Positions 8,065 through 17,049 of a stretch of 59,275 bases of DNA are shown piece after piece. The translations under genes were made by a program, and so were the position numbers. Numbering within the stretch: the first letter of the stretch is position 1; each line of letters begins with the position of its first letter. The notes under the pieces were generated by a model that ran no database searches, was not told the DNA's origin, and saw only the letters and a program-made list of their open reading frames with translations. The DNA comes from a virus (taxonomy: Duplodnaviria > Caudoviricetes): positions 1-59,275 of the IMG/VR virus record IMGVR_UViG_3300044468_000011. One strand, written 5' to 3'.

Positions 8065-9486
8065 TTGAAGCCCAACGCCTCGGCGACCCACATCGCTGAC
8101 CTCATCGCCGAAGACGAAAATCGCCGCTCGGGGGAGTACCAGCGGGCGTGGAACGCCTACGACGGGGAAGGGCCGACCTACCTCGAGGTTGAGGACGGGA
8201 TCGACGACAACATCCGCCTCGACTACCCGGCGCTCCTGGTCGACAAGGGCGTGTCGTTCCTCCTAGGCAAGGACGGCGGCGTAACGCTGCAGCCCAGAGC
8301 TCCTGACGCTGCCGATCCGGATGCAGCCGACGAGGAGGCCGAGGACAAGACCGATGGCGCCCCCGACGCCGAGCAGGCCGCCGAGGAAGAAGAGGAGCGC
8401 GCTACCGCCGAGCTCGACGCGGCCTGGCCCCCGATGCGCCGGCAGATCGACCTCCACAAACTTGCCACCAACGGAGGGGTCTGCGGCCACCTCTGGGCGC
8501 TGATTTACAAGGACGGCCGCGTCTCCATCCTCGACCCCGGGAACTGCACGGCGATCTGGAACGAGGACGACCACACCGTCATCGAGCGCTACATCGTCCA
8601 GTGGACCACGGTGGATGAGGACAGCGGCCTCGGCGTGGTTCGTAGGTGGCGCATCGAGCCCGACAACGCCCGGAAGCCCACCTCTTGGACCAAATGGCTT
8701 GAGGAGCACAACGAGGACGCGAACGAGTGGGTCGAGCTGGAAGAAGTCCCGTGGCCCTACGAGTTCGCGCCGATCATCGACGGTCAGAACCTGATCTCGC
8801 CGAACACCTTCTATGGCAAGGCCGACCTCTCGCCGGCGCTGCTTGACATGGTGGAGCAGCTTGAGTCCCTGGCCTCCGACATGCGGCGGATCGCCCGTCT
8901 CCACGGCCACCCGGTGCCGGTGTTCACGGGCACCGACGCCGACAAGCTGCAAAGCCTCGAAGTCTCGATCGGCTCGCTCGTTGCCGTCCCCGACAAAGAC
9001 GCGAAGCTCGGCCAGCTCGCGATCGCCGAACTGACCTCGCTGCTGGAACTCTTCAAAGAGCTGAAGTCCGCCCTCTTCGAGTCAGGGCACGTACCGAAGG
9101 TGGCATTGGGCGAGACCACGAACTCCGGGCCCACCAGCGGGGTGGCGCTGAAGGTGGAGTACGAACCCCTCGCCGAGCGCACGGGAACCAAGCACCTGAC
9201 CTACGGCTACGTCGTCTCGGAGATCGCCCGCCGCATCTTGGCGCTCAAGGGCTTCAAGAACTGGACGGTCACCCTGGGCTGGCCGGACTCCACCCCCTCT
9301 GATCCGAAGGCCGACGCTGAAGCCGACGAAGCCGAGCTGCGGATGGGGATCGTCTCCAAACGCACCGTCGCCGAAAAGCGCGGCTACGACTGGGATGTCG
9401 AGCAGCAGCGGATCGCCGAGGAGAAGACGGCCGATGCGGAGGCAGCAGCCAAAGCCTTCCGTGAAGGAAACGTCGAAGACGAATAG
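8065..9486 (+). CDS. Portal protein (SPP1-like)
   Basis: Follows TerL; LLVDKGVSFL, TSGVALK, GIVSKRT. Confidence 0.9.
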   Translation: MKPNASATHIADLIAEDENRRSGEYQRAWNAYDGEGPTYLEVEDGIDDNIRLDYPALLVDKGVSFLLGKDGGVTLQPRAPDAADPDAADEEAEDKTDGAPDAEQAAEEEEERATAELDAAWPPMRRQIDLHKLATNGGVCGHLWALIYKDGRVSILDPGNCTAIWNEDDHTVIERYIVQWTTVDEDSGLGVVRRWRIEPDNARKPTSWTKWLEEHNEDANEWVELEEVPWPYEFAPIIDGQNLISPNTFYGKADLSPALLDMVEQLESLASDMRRIARLHGHPVPVFTGTDADKLQSLEVSIGSLVAVPDKDAKLGQLAIAELTSLLELFKELKSALFESGHVPKVALGETTNSGPTSGVALKVEYEPLAERTGTKHLTYGYVVSEIARRILALKGFKNWTVTLGWPDSTPSDPKADAEADEAELRMGIVSKRTVAEKRGYDWDVEQQRIAEEKTADAEAAAKAFREGNVEDE

Positions 9487-9498
9487 CGAGGAGCGACC

Positions 9499-9726
9499 AT
9501 GTACTTCCCGATCCCCCTGCCGATCCACAATGCCGGAGAGCCCGAGACGCAGCTTCAAAGGGCCCTGCGCGAGTTCGCTTGGAACCTGCACACCCTGCTC
9601 AATTGGCGACTGCCGAAGGCGTTCGGCCTTGACCGTTGCTCCGAATGCGGTGCGAGGCCCTGCGGGACGCAGCTCGGCCGCAAGTGGCTATGTAGTGCCC
9701 ATTCCTGTTTCGAATCGAACTGGTAG
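9499..9726 (+). CDS. Small Cys-rich hypothetical protein
   Basis: GAGGAG RBS; CSECG..CSAHSC. Confidence 0.6.
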   Translation: MYFPIPLPIHNAGEPETQLQRALREFAWNLHTLLNWRLPKAFGLDRCSECGARPCGTQLGRKWLCSAHSCFESNW

Positions 9727-9768
9727 CACCATCAAACCGGGGCGCTGCCCCAGAGGGAGAGAACCACA

Positions 9769-10116
9769 ATGGCCGAAGTCGAACGTGCCCCGCAACAGCC
9801 CACCGCCGCCGGCGTGGAACCCGCCGTGATCGAAGGTATGAACGCTGCCGATACGCAGCTCGTGCCGAACAGGAACGGCGATGTGGTGCTGCGCGTCAAA
9901 AACGAAAGCGGCGAAGCGACCAAAGTCACCATCGTCACGCCGAACGAAGTGAACGGCAACGCGATCGCCGACAAGGAAGTCGAAGTCGCGGCGGGCAAAA
10001 CGAAGCTCATCGGCCCCTTCCCGCCCTCGACCTACAACACCAAAAAAGGCTTCCTGCAGGTCAAATTCACCAAAACCACCTCGGTCAAACTCGAGGTCAC
10101 GCGCGTCACGGCGTAG
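9769..10116 (+). CDS. Beta-rich virion-associated/hypothetical protein
   Basis: Good RBS; VLRVKNES..VAAGKTKLIGPFP. Confidence 0.8.
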   Translation: MAEVERAPQQPTAAGVEPAVIEGMNAADTQLVPNRNGDVVLRVKNESGEATKVTIVTPNEVNGNAIADKEVEVAAGKTKLIGPFPPSTYNTKKGFLQVKFTKTTSVKLEVTRVTA

Positions 10117-10119
10117 CGA

Positions 10120-10323
10120 ATGAGCCTGACTGCCACGCGCACCCGATCCGTCATCTTCGACCGTGATCTCGTTGCCGAGCTTGAGGAGACGGTGAACGCA
10201 ATCCGATCGGAGTGGAGGGAGCGGGAACCGCACGTTTCTGACCCGGAGGTTCGCGCCGCAGCCAATGCCCGCCTCGACATTGCTAGCGGTTTGGTTGAGG
10301 TGCTCAAGGACCCGGGCCGGTAG
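10120..10323 (+). CDS. Hypothetical protein
   Basis: Fills the gap in the operon. Confidence 0.6.
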   Translation: MSLTATRTRSVIFDRDLVAELEETVNAIRSEWREREPHVSDPEVRAAANARLDIASGLVEVLKDPGR

Positions 10324-11364
10324 ATGATCCGAGCCGAGCGCGAGATCGCCAAGCAGCGCAGGCGCCTGATGGCGATTGAGTCCAACGGCATGTCGGAGAT
10401 CGCCCGCTCCTATCAGGTGGTGCTGAAAAACCTCAACGCGCACCTGTCCGCGTTGGTGAAGCGGATCGATGAGGCCGAGGCGGCGGGCGTCGAGGTACGC
10501 CCGGGATGGCTGGCGGCCCAGGACCGCTACCGCTCCCTCATTGCCCAGCACGAGGCCAGCACGCTCGACTACCTGCAGTCCTGTATCACCACGATCCTCG
10601 ATACGAAGAAGGCGGCCGTCGAGCTGGCGAACGGCGACGTGCCGGCCCTGACGCGAGCGGTCCTCGGTCGGGCTCCGGCCGCTGCTGAAGCGTTCGTTGC
10701 CAACAGTTTCTCCCGCCTCCCTGCCGAGCAGATGGCGCGGCTGGTGCGAAACGCCGCGGACGGGCGCCCTCTTGGCTCCCTGCTCGCTGAGATCGCGCCT
10801 CAGGCCACCCGAGGGGTGAAGGACGCCCTGCTCTCCGGGGTCGCGCGCGGGGCTTCGATCCGCAACATCGCCGCCGATGTGCGCAAGGCCTCGGGGCTCG
10901 CCCAGAGCCGCGCCATGCTCATCACCCGCACCGAGACCATCCGCGCCTATCGGGAGACCGCCCTGGAGGGATATCGGGGCTCGGAAGTGGTTACCGGGTG
11001 GATCTGGATTGCCGAAGTGAACGCCTGCCCGGTGTGTACGGCCGAACACGGCTCAGAACACACGTTGGACGAAGACTTCGCCTCGCACCCGGGATGCAGG
11101 TGCACGCCGCTGCCGCAGACCCGTAGCTGGTCGGAACTCGGGTTCGACCTGCCGGATGCCCGACCGGAAATCGTGGCCGGCGCGGATCGGTTCGCCTCGC
11201 TGCCCGAGGCCGACCGCCTCGCCATCCTCGGGCGGTCGCGGTTCGACGCCTACGAGGGCGGGAAGATCACCCTGCACGACATGGTGCGCGACACGCACTC
11301 GCCGCGGTGGGGGGACGGTAAGCGGACCGCGACTCTCGTCGAGTTGGGGATCGCGGCAACCTGA
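10324..11364 (+). CDS. Minor head protein (SPP1 gp7/MuF family)
   Basis: RAMLITRTE, WIW, CPVC, HPGCRC. Confidence 0.92.
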   Translation: MIRAEREIAKQRRRLMAIESNGMSEIARSYQVVLKNLNAHLSALVKRIDEAEAAGVEVRPGWLAAQDRYRSLIAQHEASTLDYLQSCITTILDTKKAAVELANGDVPALTRAVLGRAPAAAEAFVANSFSRLPAEQMARLVRNAADGRPLGSLLAEIAPQATRGVKDALLSGVARGASIRNIAADVRKASGLAQSRAMLITRTETIRAYRETALEGYRGSEVVTGWIWIAEVNACPVCTAEHGSEHTLDEDFASHPGCRCTPLPQTRSWSELGFDLPDARPEIVAGADRFASLPEADRLAILGRSRFDAYEGGKITLHDMVRDTHSPRWGDGKRTATLVELGIAAT

Positions 11365-11434
11365 CGCGCGACAACGGAACACCTATCCCGGTCGAGCAGA
11401 TCCGCAGCGTCACGATGGAGAACAATCACTGCAT

Positions 11435-11521
11435 GGAGCGAGTCCGGCAGGACGAGGAGCGCGCCCGCTAAGCGCGTAGGGCGACCGTGTCGCCTTCGGG
11501 GTTCGAGTCCCTGTCGCTCCG
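11435..11521 (+). tRNA. tRNA-Ser (GCT), C at position 33
   Basis: GGAGCGA/TCGCTCC acceptor, G73, long variable arm GGGCGAC/GTCGCCT, CGCGC-CCGCTAA-GCGCG, T-loop TTCGAGT. Confidence 0.85.
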
Positions 11522-11700
11522 CTAGGCACGCGCCACTGTGTGCGCGGCCAGGGCAGGTGGAGCCTCGCCACGAGGCGCGGGGAGTCCGGACCCTCCACTT
11601 GCCCGACGTCTTCCAGCGCTATAGCTCGCTTGGATCGCGATCCGGCGTTGGTAGTCCGCATCGGCCCCTGCTCCCGGTGCGGAGAACTTCGAATACAGGC

Positions 11701-11753
11701 CCCCCACAAGGGTGGGGGCGCCGCAATGCCTAAGGAGGCACCCGCAAGTGCGG
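11701..11753 (+). promoter_or_regulatory. AAGN-tetraloop hairpin triplet 2 (scaffold leader)
   Basis: CCCCCAC-AAGG-GTGGGGG, TGCCT-AAGG-AGGCA, CCGC-AAGT-GCGG. Confidence 0.6.
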
Positions 11754-11771
11754 AGAGTCCGTCGTATCCGA

Positions 11772-12626
11772 ATGTCCCTGAAGTTCCTGCTGCTGGTTGT
11801 CGGATCGGTGATCCGCCAGCGGGCCTTCGCGCTGAAGCCCCTCGCCGGGGGCCTGAGCGGCGTCACCGTCACGCCGCAGGGTGAGTTCCTCCCCCAGATG
11901 TCAGGTGGAGCCGAGACGCCGGAGGAGAAAGCCGAGCGCGAGGCCAAAGAGGCTGAGGCGAAAGCCGAGGAAGAGCGCGAAGCTGCCGAAGAGGAGGCCG
12001 AGGCCGCCGAAGCGGCTGCCCGCAAAGCCGAGGAGGAGGCGGCCGGCACCGAATGGGAGGGCGCCCTCGATAAAGAGAAAGCCGAACGCGCCGTCCGCAA
12101 CGCTCGCCGCAAGGAACGGGAGGCCAAGGAGCGCGCGGAGGCCGCCGAGAAACGAGCCCGCGACCTCGAGCAGGCCCAGGAGACCGAGCACGAGACCGCG
12201 AAACGGCAGGCCGAGGAGCGCCGGGTAGAAAACGAGCGCCTGCAGGAGTCCAACCGCCGCCTGAAAGCCAACGAGGCCCTGCGGGACGCTGCCGCCGATG
12301 CAGACGTGCCGCCGACGAAAGTCCGACGCCTCCTGAAACTGGTTGATCGGGACACGATCACCTTCGACGCCGACGGCGAGGTTGATACTGAAACCGCCGA
12401 GGAAGCCGTCAAGGACGTGCTCGACGAGTTCCCCGAGTTCAAGGCCGAGGCCAAGCCCGCAAAGGACCCCGAGGAACAGGAAGAAACCCCCGGCGGCAAC
12501 CCGGACCGCAAACGCAAGCCGAAGAAGATCGACCGCGCTGAGGTCGAACGGCTTGCGAAGGAGGACCCCGACGAGCTCAACAGGCTCATCGACGAGAACA
12601 AGGTCCCGGCCTCCGCCCTCAGCTAG
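11772..12626 (+). CDS. Capsid scaffolding protein
   Basis: E/A/K-rich coiled coil immediately before the major capsid gene; start uncertain. Confidence 0.85.
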   Translation: MSLKFLLLVVGSVIRQRAFALKPLAGGLSGVTVTPQGEFLPQMSGGAETPEEKAEREAKEAEAKAEEEREAAEEEAEAAEAAARKAEEEAAGTEWEGALDKEKAERAVRNARRKEREAKERAEAAEKRARDLEQAQETEHETAKRQAEERRVENERLQESNRRLKANEALRDAAADADVPPTKVRRLLKLVDRDTITFDADGEVDTETAEEAVKDVLDEFPEFKAEAKPAKDPEEQEETPGGNPDRKRKPKKIDRAEVERLAKEDPDELNRLIDENKVPASALS

Positions 12627-12647
12627 CGACTTGTGAGGTGAGACGCG

Positions 12648-12732
12648 GCGGCAAGTGTCGCTCCCGACGCCTCCCCACAACCGACGTAGGCGGCAAGTGC
12701 CGCCTAACCCCGCGCTCCAAGTGGCGAGCGGG
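12648..12732 (+). promoter_or_regulatory. AAGN-tetraloop hairpin triplet 3 (capsid leader)
   Basis: GCGGC-AAGT-GTCGC, TAGGCGGC-AAGT-GCCGCCTA, CC-AAGT-GG within a longer stem. Confidence 0.6.
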
Positions 12733-12770
12733 CAGCCCCATACCTACAAGCTCGAAGGGAGGTAGCCCCC

Positions 12771-13652
12771 GTGGCTATCAGCAACTTCATCCCCGAGCTG
12801 TGGTCTGCCCGCCTGCAGAGGCACCTGGACCGCACGCTCGTCTACGCCCAGGAGTCGGTGTGCAACCGCGACTGGGAGGGGGAAATCAACGAAGCCGGCG
12901 ACACCGTCCACATCCAGAAGGTCGGTGACCCGGAAATCAAAACCTACGTCCCCGGCGTCGACATGGACTCGCCCGAAGAACCGGACGGGACCACGCTCGC
13001 GCTGATTATTGACGCGTTCCGCTACTTCAACGTGGCGATCGACGACGTCAACAAAGCGCAGGTCAACGTCAAACTGCTCGACTCCTTCGCGAAACGAGCG
13101 GGCGTCAAGATGTCCCAGGCGATCGATGCCTTCGTCGCCGCCAAGATGGTCGCAGCGGCTACCGTCAACAAAGTCGGCACCGACGCTGTACCTACCGTCG
13201 TCAAGGCCGACGGTAGCGGCGACTTCACCCCGTACGATTTCTTCGTCGAGCTCGCCGGACTCCTCGCCGACAACGACGCCCCCGACGAGAATCACTGGGC
13301 CGCCGTCAACCCGGCGCTCATGCGGGAGATCCGCAAGGACGACGCCTTCATCAAAGCGTCCGAGATGGGCGCGGAGATGGTCCGTAACGGCCGCATCGGC
13401 GAAATCGCCGGCATCGAACTCATCCAAACCACGGGGACCCCGTCCTCGGCGGGCTCGGGTGGCTCTCCGGTGGCGAGCTGGAAGATCCTGGCGGGCGCCG
13501 GGAACTACTCCACCACGTTTGCCTCGCAGATCGTCGAGACCGAGGCGTTCCGCCCGGAGCGTCGGTTCGGAGACGCGGTCAAGGGACTGAACGTCTTCGG
13601 CGCCAAGGTTCTGGAGCCCGAGACCCTCGTCATCGGCCACGTCGCGAAATAA
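12771..13652 (+). CDS. Major capsid protein
   Basis: MAISNFIPELWSA..NRDWEGEI..GDTVHI..FGDAVKGLNVFGAKV. Confidence 0.95.
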   Translation: MAISNFIPELWSARLQRHLDRTLVYAQESVCNRDWEGEINEAGDTVHIQKVGDPEIKTYVPGVDMDSPEEPDGTTLALIIDAFRYFNVAIDDVNKAQVNVKLLDSFAKRAGVKMSQAIDAFVAAKMVAAATVNKVGTDAVPTVVKADGSGDFTPYDFFVELAGLLADNDAPDENHWAAVNPALMREIRKDDAFIKASEMGAEMVRNGRIGEIAGIELIQTTGTPSSAGSGGSPVASWKILAGAGNYSTTFASQIVETEAFRPERRFGDAVKGLNVFGAKVLEPETLVIGHVAK

Positions 13653-13665
13653 GGAGGCGATCTAG

Positions 13666-14034
13666 ATGGCAAAGCAGAAGACCTCCACTGAGGTCAACGA
13701 ATACCGCCACACCGAGACCGAGGAGACGCTGAGCGCCTACGTCGGGTCCGAGCTGGACAAAGTCCTGCTCAAGGACCCCGACTACGAGGTGGTCGGCGAG
13801 CGGACCCCGGCTCCCGAGGAGACGACCCCGGAGGGCGAGCCCGAGCCGACCCCACAGAGCGGGAAGACCCGCTCCGACGGCGGCCGTGTCACGGCGGCCG
13901 ACCTGGAGGGCAAGAGCCGCGATGAGCTGAACGATATCGCGACCGAAGCCGGGGTCGAGAACCCCGACGGGTTCGCCAACAAGGGCGAGGTGACCAAGGC
14001 GATCCTCGAGGCCTCGGGCACCCCGGAGGGCTAG
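13666..14034 (+). CDS. Head-associated protein with C-terminal HeH/Rho-N-like domain
   Basis: LEGKSRDELNDIATEAGVE..NKGEVTKAI. Confidence 0.75.
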   Translation: MAKQKTSTEVNEYRHTETEETLSAYVGSELDKVLLKDPDYEVVGERTPAPEETTPEGEPEPTPQSGKTRSDGGRVTAADLEGKSRDELNDIATEAGVENPDGFANKGEVTKAILEASGTPEG

Positions 14035-14038
14035 GCCG

Positions 14039-14428
14039 ATGCCCGGCGCCTCCGAACGCGAAAAGGTCGCCCGCGTCACTTACAACTTCGCCCGCGACGG
14101 CGGAGCTGTAGGTGACATCGCCCTCTCGGGCGACGGCATTCCCAATGGAGCGATCATCCTCGATTCACTGATCAAGGTGGAGACGCCTCTGGATTCAGCC
14201 AATGACACCGCCACGGTGGCGCTGAAGATCCAGGGGGCAGGCGACCTACAGGCCGCCAAAGCCGTCTCCGAAGCGCCGTGGTCGACGGCCGGCGCCAAGC
14301 GCGGCGGTCTCGACGCCGACACGGCGCCGATCCTGCTTACCGCCCGTCGCCGGGTCACGGCGACGGTCGCGGTGCAGGCCCTCACGGCCGGGAAGTTCAC
14401 GGCCTACGTCCGCTACCTGGACGCCTAG
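14039..14428 (+). CDS. Capsid decoration/cement-like protein
   Basis: YNFARDGGAVG..IPNGAII..LTAGKF; position after capsid. Confidence 0.7.
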   Translation: MPGASEREKVARVTYNFARDGGAVGDIALSGDGIPNGAIILDSLIKVETPLDSANDTATVALKIQGAGDLQAAKAVSEAPWSTAGAKRGGLDADTAPILLTARRRVTATVAVQALTAGKFTAYVRYLDA

Positions 14429-14441
14429 CAGCACCTTTCAC

Positions 14442-14506
14442 GCCGCGCAGCATCGAGCGATGCACCCCGAGAGGGAAGAGCCCGGGATCGCACCCCGGGC
14501 GCGGCC
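14442..14506 (+). ncRNA. tRNA-like cloverleaf without an anticodon loop
   Basis: 7-bp GCCGCGC/GCGCGGC, GCATC-GAGC-GATGC, CCC-GAGA-GGG, CCGGG-ATCGCAC-CCCGG. Confidence 0.55.
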
Positions 14507-14535
14507 TTTCCTGATCCCTACCGCCGGGAGGCGCA

Positions 14536-15102
14536 GTGAGCCAGATCGTTGACGAGCTGCGCCGGATGTGCGCGGTCGAGAAAGACCAGTACACGATCGG
14601 TAGCACCGCCTACTGGACCGACGATCAGCTTGAAGGGGTCCTGGCAAACCACGTAGCCGAGCAGCTTCTTCAGGTGCCGGTGGTGGAGGTCGTCACCCGG
14701 TCTGAGGCCAACCAGCTGCAGGCGATGAACGCACATGTCACGTTCCCCGGCACTCTCGACATCGAGACGGCCACGGTTACCGATTCGGCCGGTGCTGCAG
14801 TCGAAGGGGTGACCTTCCACGCCGATGGAAGGCTCGACTTCGCGAGCGACCAGATCGGGCGGCCTCTCTACCTGACCGGCCTCGTCTATGACCTGAATGC
14901 CGCTGCAGCAGATGTCCTAACCGACTGGGCATCAGCGGTGAAGGGCGGCTACGACGTCACGGTCGACGGTCAGCAGTTGAAGCGAAGCCAGCGCCACGCC
15001 CAATTGCTTGCCCAGGCAGAGGAGTTCAAGCGCAAGCGGGTCATCCGTTCGGTTCGGATGCGTCGCGGCGATCAGCTTCCGCGTCGGAGGGCCCGCCGAT
15101 GA
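14536..15102 (+). CDS. Head-tail adaptor
   Basis: YDLNAAAADVL..YDVTVDGQQLKRSQ; synteny. Confidence 0.8.
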   Translation: MSQIVDELRRMCAVEKDQYTIGSTAYWTDDQLEGVLANHVAEQLLQVPVVEVVTRSEANQLQAMNAHVTFPGTLDIETATVTDSAGAAVEGVTFHADGRLDFASDQIGRPLYLTGLVYDLNAAAADVLTDWASAVKGGYDVTVDGQQLKRSQRHAQLLAQAEEFKRKRVIRSVRMRRGDQLPRRRARR

Positions 15103-15476
15103 GTGACGGGATCAACGCGGCAGAGCTTGCGGAGATCCGCAGAGACGCGGAGGCGCAGCTGTTCAGCGTCGGGCGCATCCTGCGCTACTCGAAAACCGCC
15201 GACGGAGCAGGCGGCTGGGACGAGGACTATAAACCCGGTCCGGCGCTCCCTTGCGCGATCGCCCCGGTGGGTCACATCGGCTCGGGCAGCAGCGCAGGCG
15301 AGCGCCTCGACGAGGGGAGCACGCACGTCACCACCTGGCCGGCCTCGACCGAAGTCAGCTCCGACGATCGCTGCGAGGTCGACGGCGTCAGCTATTCGAT
15401 CACCGCGCTCCGGGAGTTCGGGGCGCTTAACGCAACCCGACGTGTGGAGGTGAGAGCGCTTGGCGACGGTGCTTAA
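15099..15476 (+). CDS. Head closure/stopper protein
   Basis: DGAGGW..DRCEVDGVSYSI. Confidence 0.8.
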   Translation: MSDGINAAELAEIRRDAEAQLFSVGRILRYSKTADGAGGWDEDYKPGPALPCAIAPVGHIGSGSSAGERLDEGSTHVTTWPASTEVSSDDRCEVDGVSYSITALREFGALNATRRVEVRALGDGA

Positions 15477-15777
15477 GAGCCGCATCCCCCAGATCATCGC
15501 CGGAGCCGAGGCAAAGGCTCGTGCGGCGGTAGAGGTCACGGTCTTCAACATCGAGGCTGGCTGCAAGCTGCGCTCACGGGTGGACACCGGCCAGATGCGG
15601 AGTGCCTGGCACGGCGAGATGACCGGTGCGCTAGAGGGCGTTGTGGCCAACCCCGTAGAGCACACGATCTTCAACGAGCTGGGGACGGTGAACATGGCGG
15701 CCCAGCCGATGCTTGCGCCATCGGTCGAGCAAGAGCGCGGACCGTTCTATGCCGCGATGGCGGGGGTATACACGTGA
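15460..15777 (+). CDS. HK97 gp10-like tail completion protein
   Basis: VDTGQMRSAW..ELGTVNMAAQPMLAP. Confidence 0.88.
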   Translation: MATVLKSRIPQIIAGAEAKARAAVEVTVFNIEAGCKLRSRVDTGQMRSAWHGEMTGALEGVVANPVEHTIFNELGTVNMAAQPMLAPSVEQERGPFYAAMAGVYT

Positions 15778-16256
15778 GCGCGACCCTGACTGCGGCGGGG
15801 TGGCCCCGCCCGATCATTGACGGCTGGCCCGTCCCTTGGGTCTCCCCGGCCGAGAACCTCGGGACCACGAGCGGCGAGCGCATCCTTGCGACGAAGGAAG
15901 ACGCGCTTTGCCAGGTCTGCGGAATCCCCTTCGAAGATGACGACGAGGTCGTCGTCTTCGTTACCGCCGAGGCGCGGAGCCGACACGAGGAGGTCGACCT
16001 CCAGGAGGTGCTCTGCCGGGCCACCGATGACGCCGTAATGCACCCCCGCTGCGCCAAGCTCGCCGCCGGAAGGTGCCCGAAGCTGCGCCGTGTCCAAGCG
16101 GAAGGCCGCTTCATCGCCTTCATCGGCCCGATCAGCGCCGTGCAGGAGTACGAGGCACCCGAGGAGGAGCACGACCCGGAGCGGAAGGCGACCTACACCT
16201 TTCTGGCGATGCAGGGCGAAGCAGCCACCCGCTTTGAGATCGGGACCGAGCCGTGA
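15774..16256 (+). CDS. Hypothetical protein (LCQVCG..MHPRC..CP)
   Basis: Coupled overlaps; Cys/His motifs. Confidence 0.75.
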   Translation: MSATLTAAGWPRPIIDGWPVPWVSPAENLGTTSGERILATKEDALCQVCGIPFEDDDEVVVFVTAEARSRHEEVDLQEVLCRATDDAVMHPRCAKLAAGRCPKLRRVQAEGRFIAFIGPISAVQEYEAPEEEHDPERKATYTFLAMQGEAATRFEIGTEP

Positions 16257-16474
16257 GTGATGACACGTACCACGTGATCCCGGTCGACGATCTGATCGAG
16301 CACGACACCGAAAGCGACGACTGCCCCTGTGGCCCTGACATCGAGGCGGTGGAGCGCGACGACGGCTCGATGGGCTGGCTTGCGACGCACCACGCACTCG
16401 ACGGCCGCGAACACGATGAGGAGGGCCACGACAAGGCCGCCTGTCCCTCTTGTGCTGCAGGAGTGAATACGTGA
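16253..16474 (+). CDS. Small His/Cys-rich protein
   Basis: HVIPVDDLIEH..CPCGP..HHALDGRE. Confidence 0.75.
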   Translation: MSDDTYHVIPVDDLIEHDTESDDCPCGPDIEAVERDDGSMGWLATHHALDGREHDEEGHDKAACPSCAAGVNT

Positions 16475-16611
16475 TCGAAGACTCCGTCCCCACCCTCGAT
16501 CCGGACCTCCTCTACGAGGAATGCCCGGACTGCAACGGTGGCGAATATGAGGGCTGCCTCACCTGCTTCGACGAGGGTCTTGTACCCCACGCCTGCCAAG
16601 ACGAGGGCTGA
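16471..16611 (+). CDS. Small Zn-finger protein (46 aa)
   Basis: Read manually; CPDCNG..CLTC; GTGA overlap. Confidence 0.6.
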   Translation: MIEDSVPTLDPDLLYEECPDCNGGEYEGCLTCFDEGLVPHACQDEG

Positions 16612-16614
16612 GCG

Positions 16615-17031
16615 GTGCCGACGAACCCCGCCCCCGATCCGGTTCGCGCCGGGATCTACTCTGCGCTTCGAGAAGACGCCGAGCTGGGTGAACTGCTCTC
16701 AGCGCCGACCGAAATCCACCACCGCAAAGCGGCGAGCGGTTCAACCCCCCCGTACGTCGTCTTCAACCTTCAGGCGGGAACGGAGATCTGGACTTTCGGT
16801 AAGGGAGCCGAGCAGGCGCTCTGGCTGATCAAGGGAATTTGCCGCGGATTGAAGGCGGATGCGGCTGAGTCGATCGACCGCCGCGCCCAGGCCACCCTCC
16901 ACAAGCGTCGCCTAGAGATCGAAGGCGGCCGCCTCTCCATCCTTCGCGAGTCCGCCGTGGACTACTCCGAGGTCGAGAGCGGAGAGACCTGGCACCACGT
17001 CGGCTCCATCTACCGCATCTTCCACACCTAG
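16615..17031 (+). CDS. Tail terminator (DUF3168-like)
   Basis: IYSALREDAEL..PPYVVF..WHH..YRI. Confidence 0.8.
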   Translation: MPTNPAPDPVRAGIYSALREDAELGELLSAPTEIHHRKAASGSTPPYVVFNLQAGTEIWTFGKGAEQALWLIKGICRGLKADAAESIDRRAQATLHKRRLEIEGGRLSILRESAVDYSEVESGETWHHVGSIYRIFHT

Positions 17032-17049
17032 CTTCAGGAGGTATAGCCC

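Noticed and set aside
9675-9692. Further CAAGTG hairpin
   Set aside because: Single, weak stem inside a coding region; not counted with the triplets.
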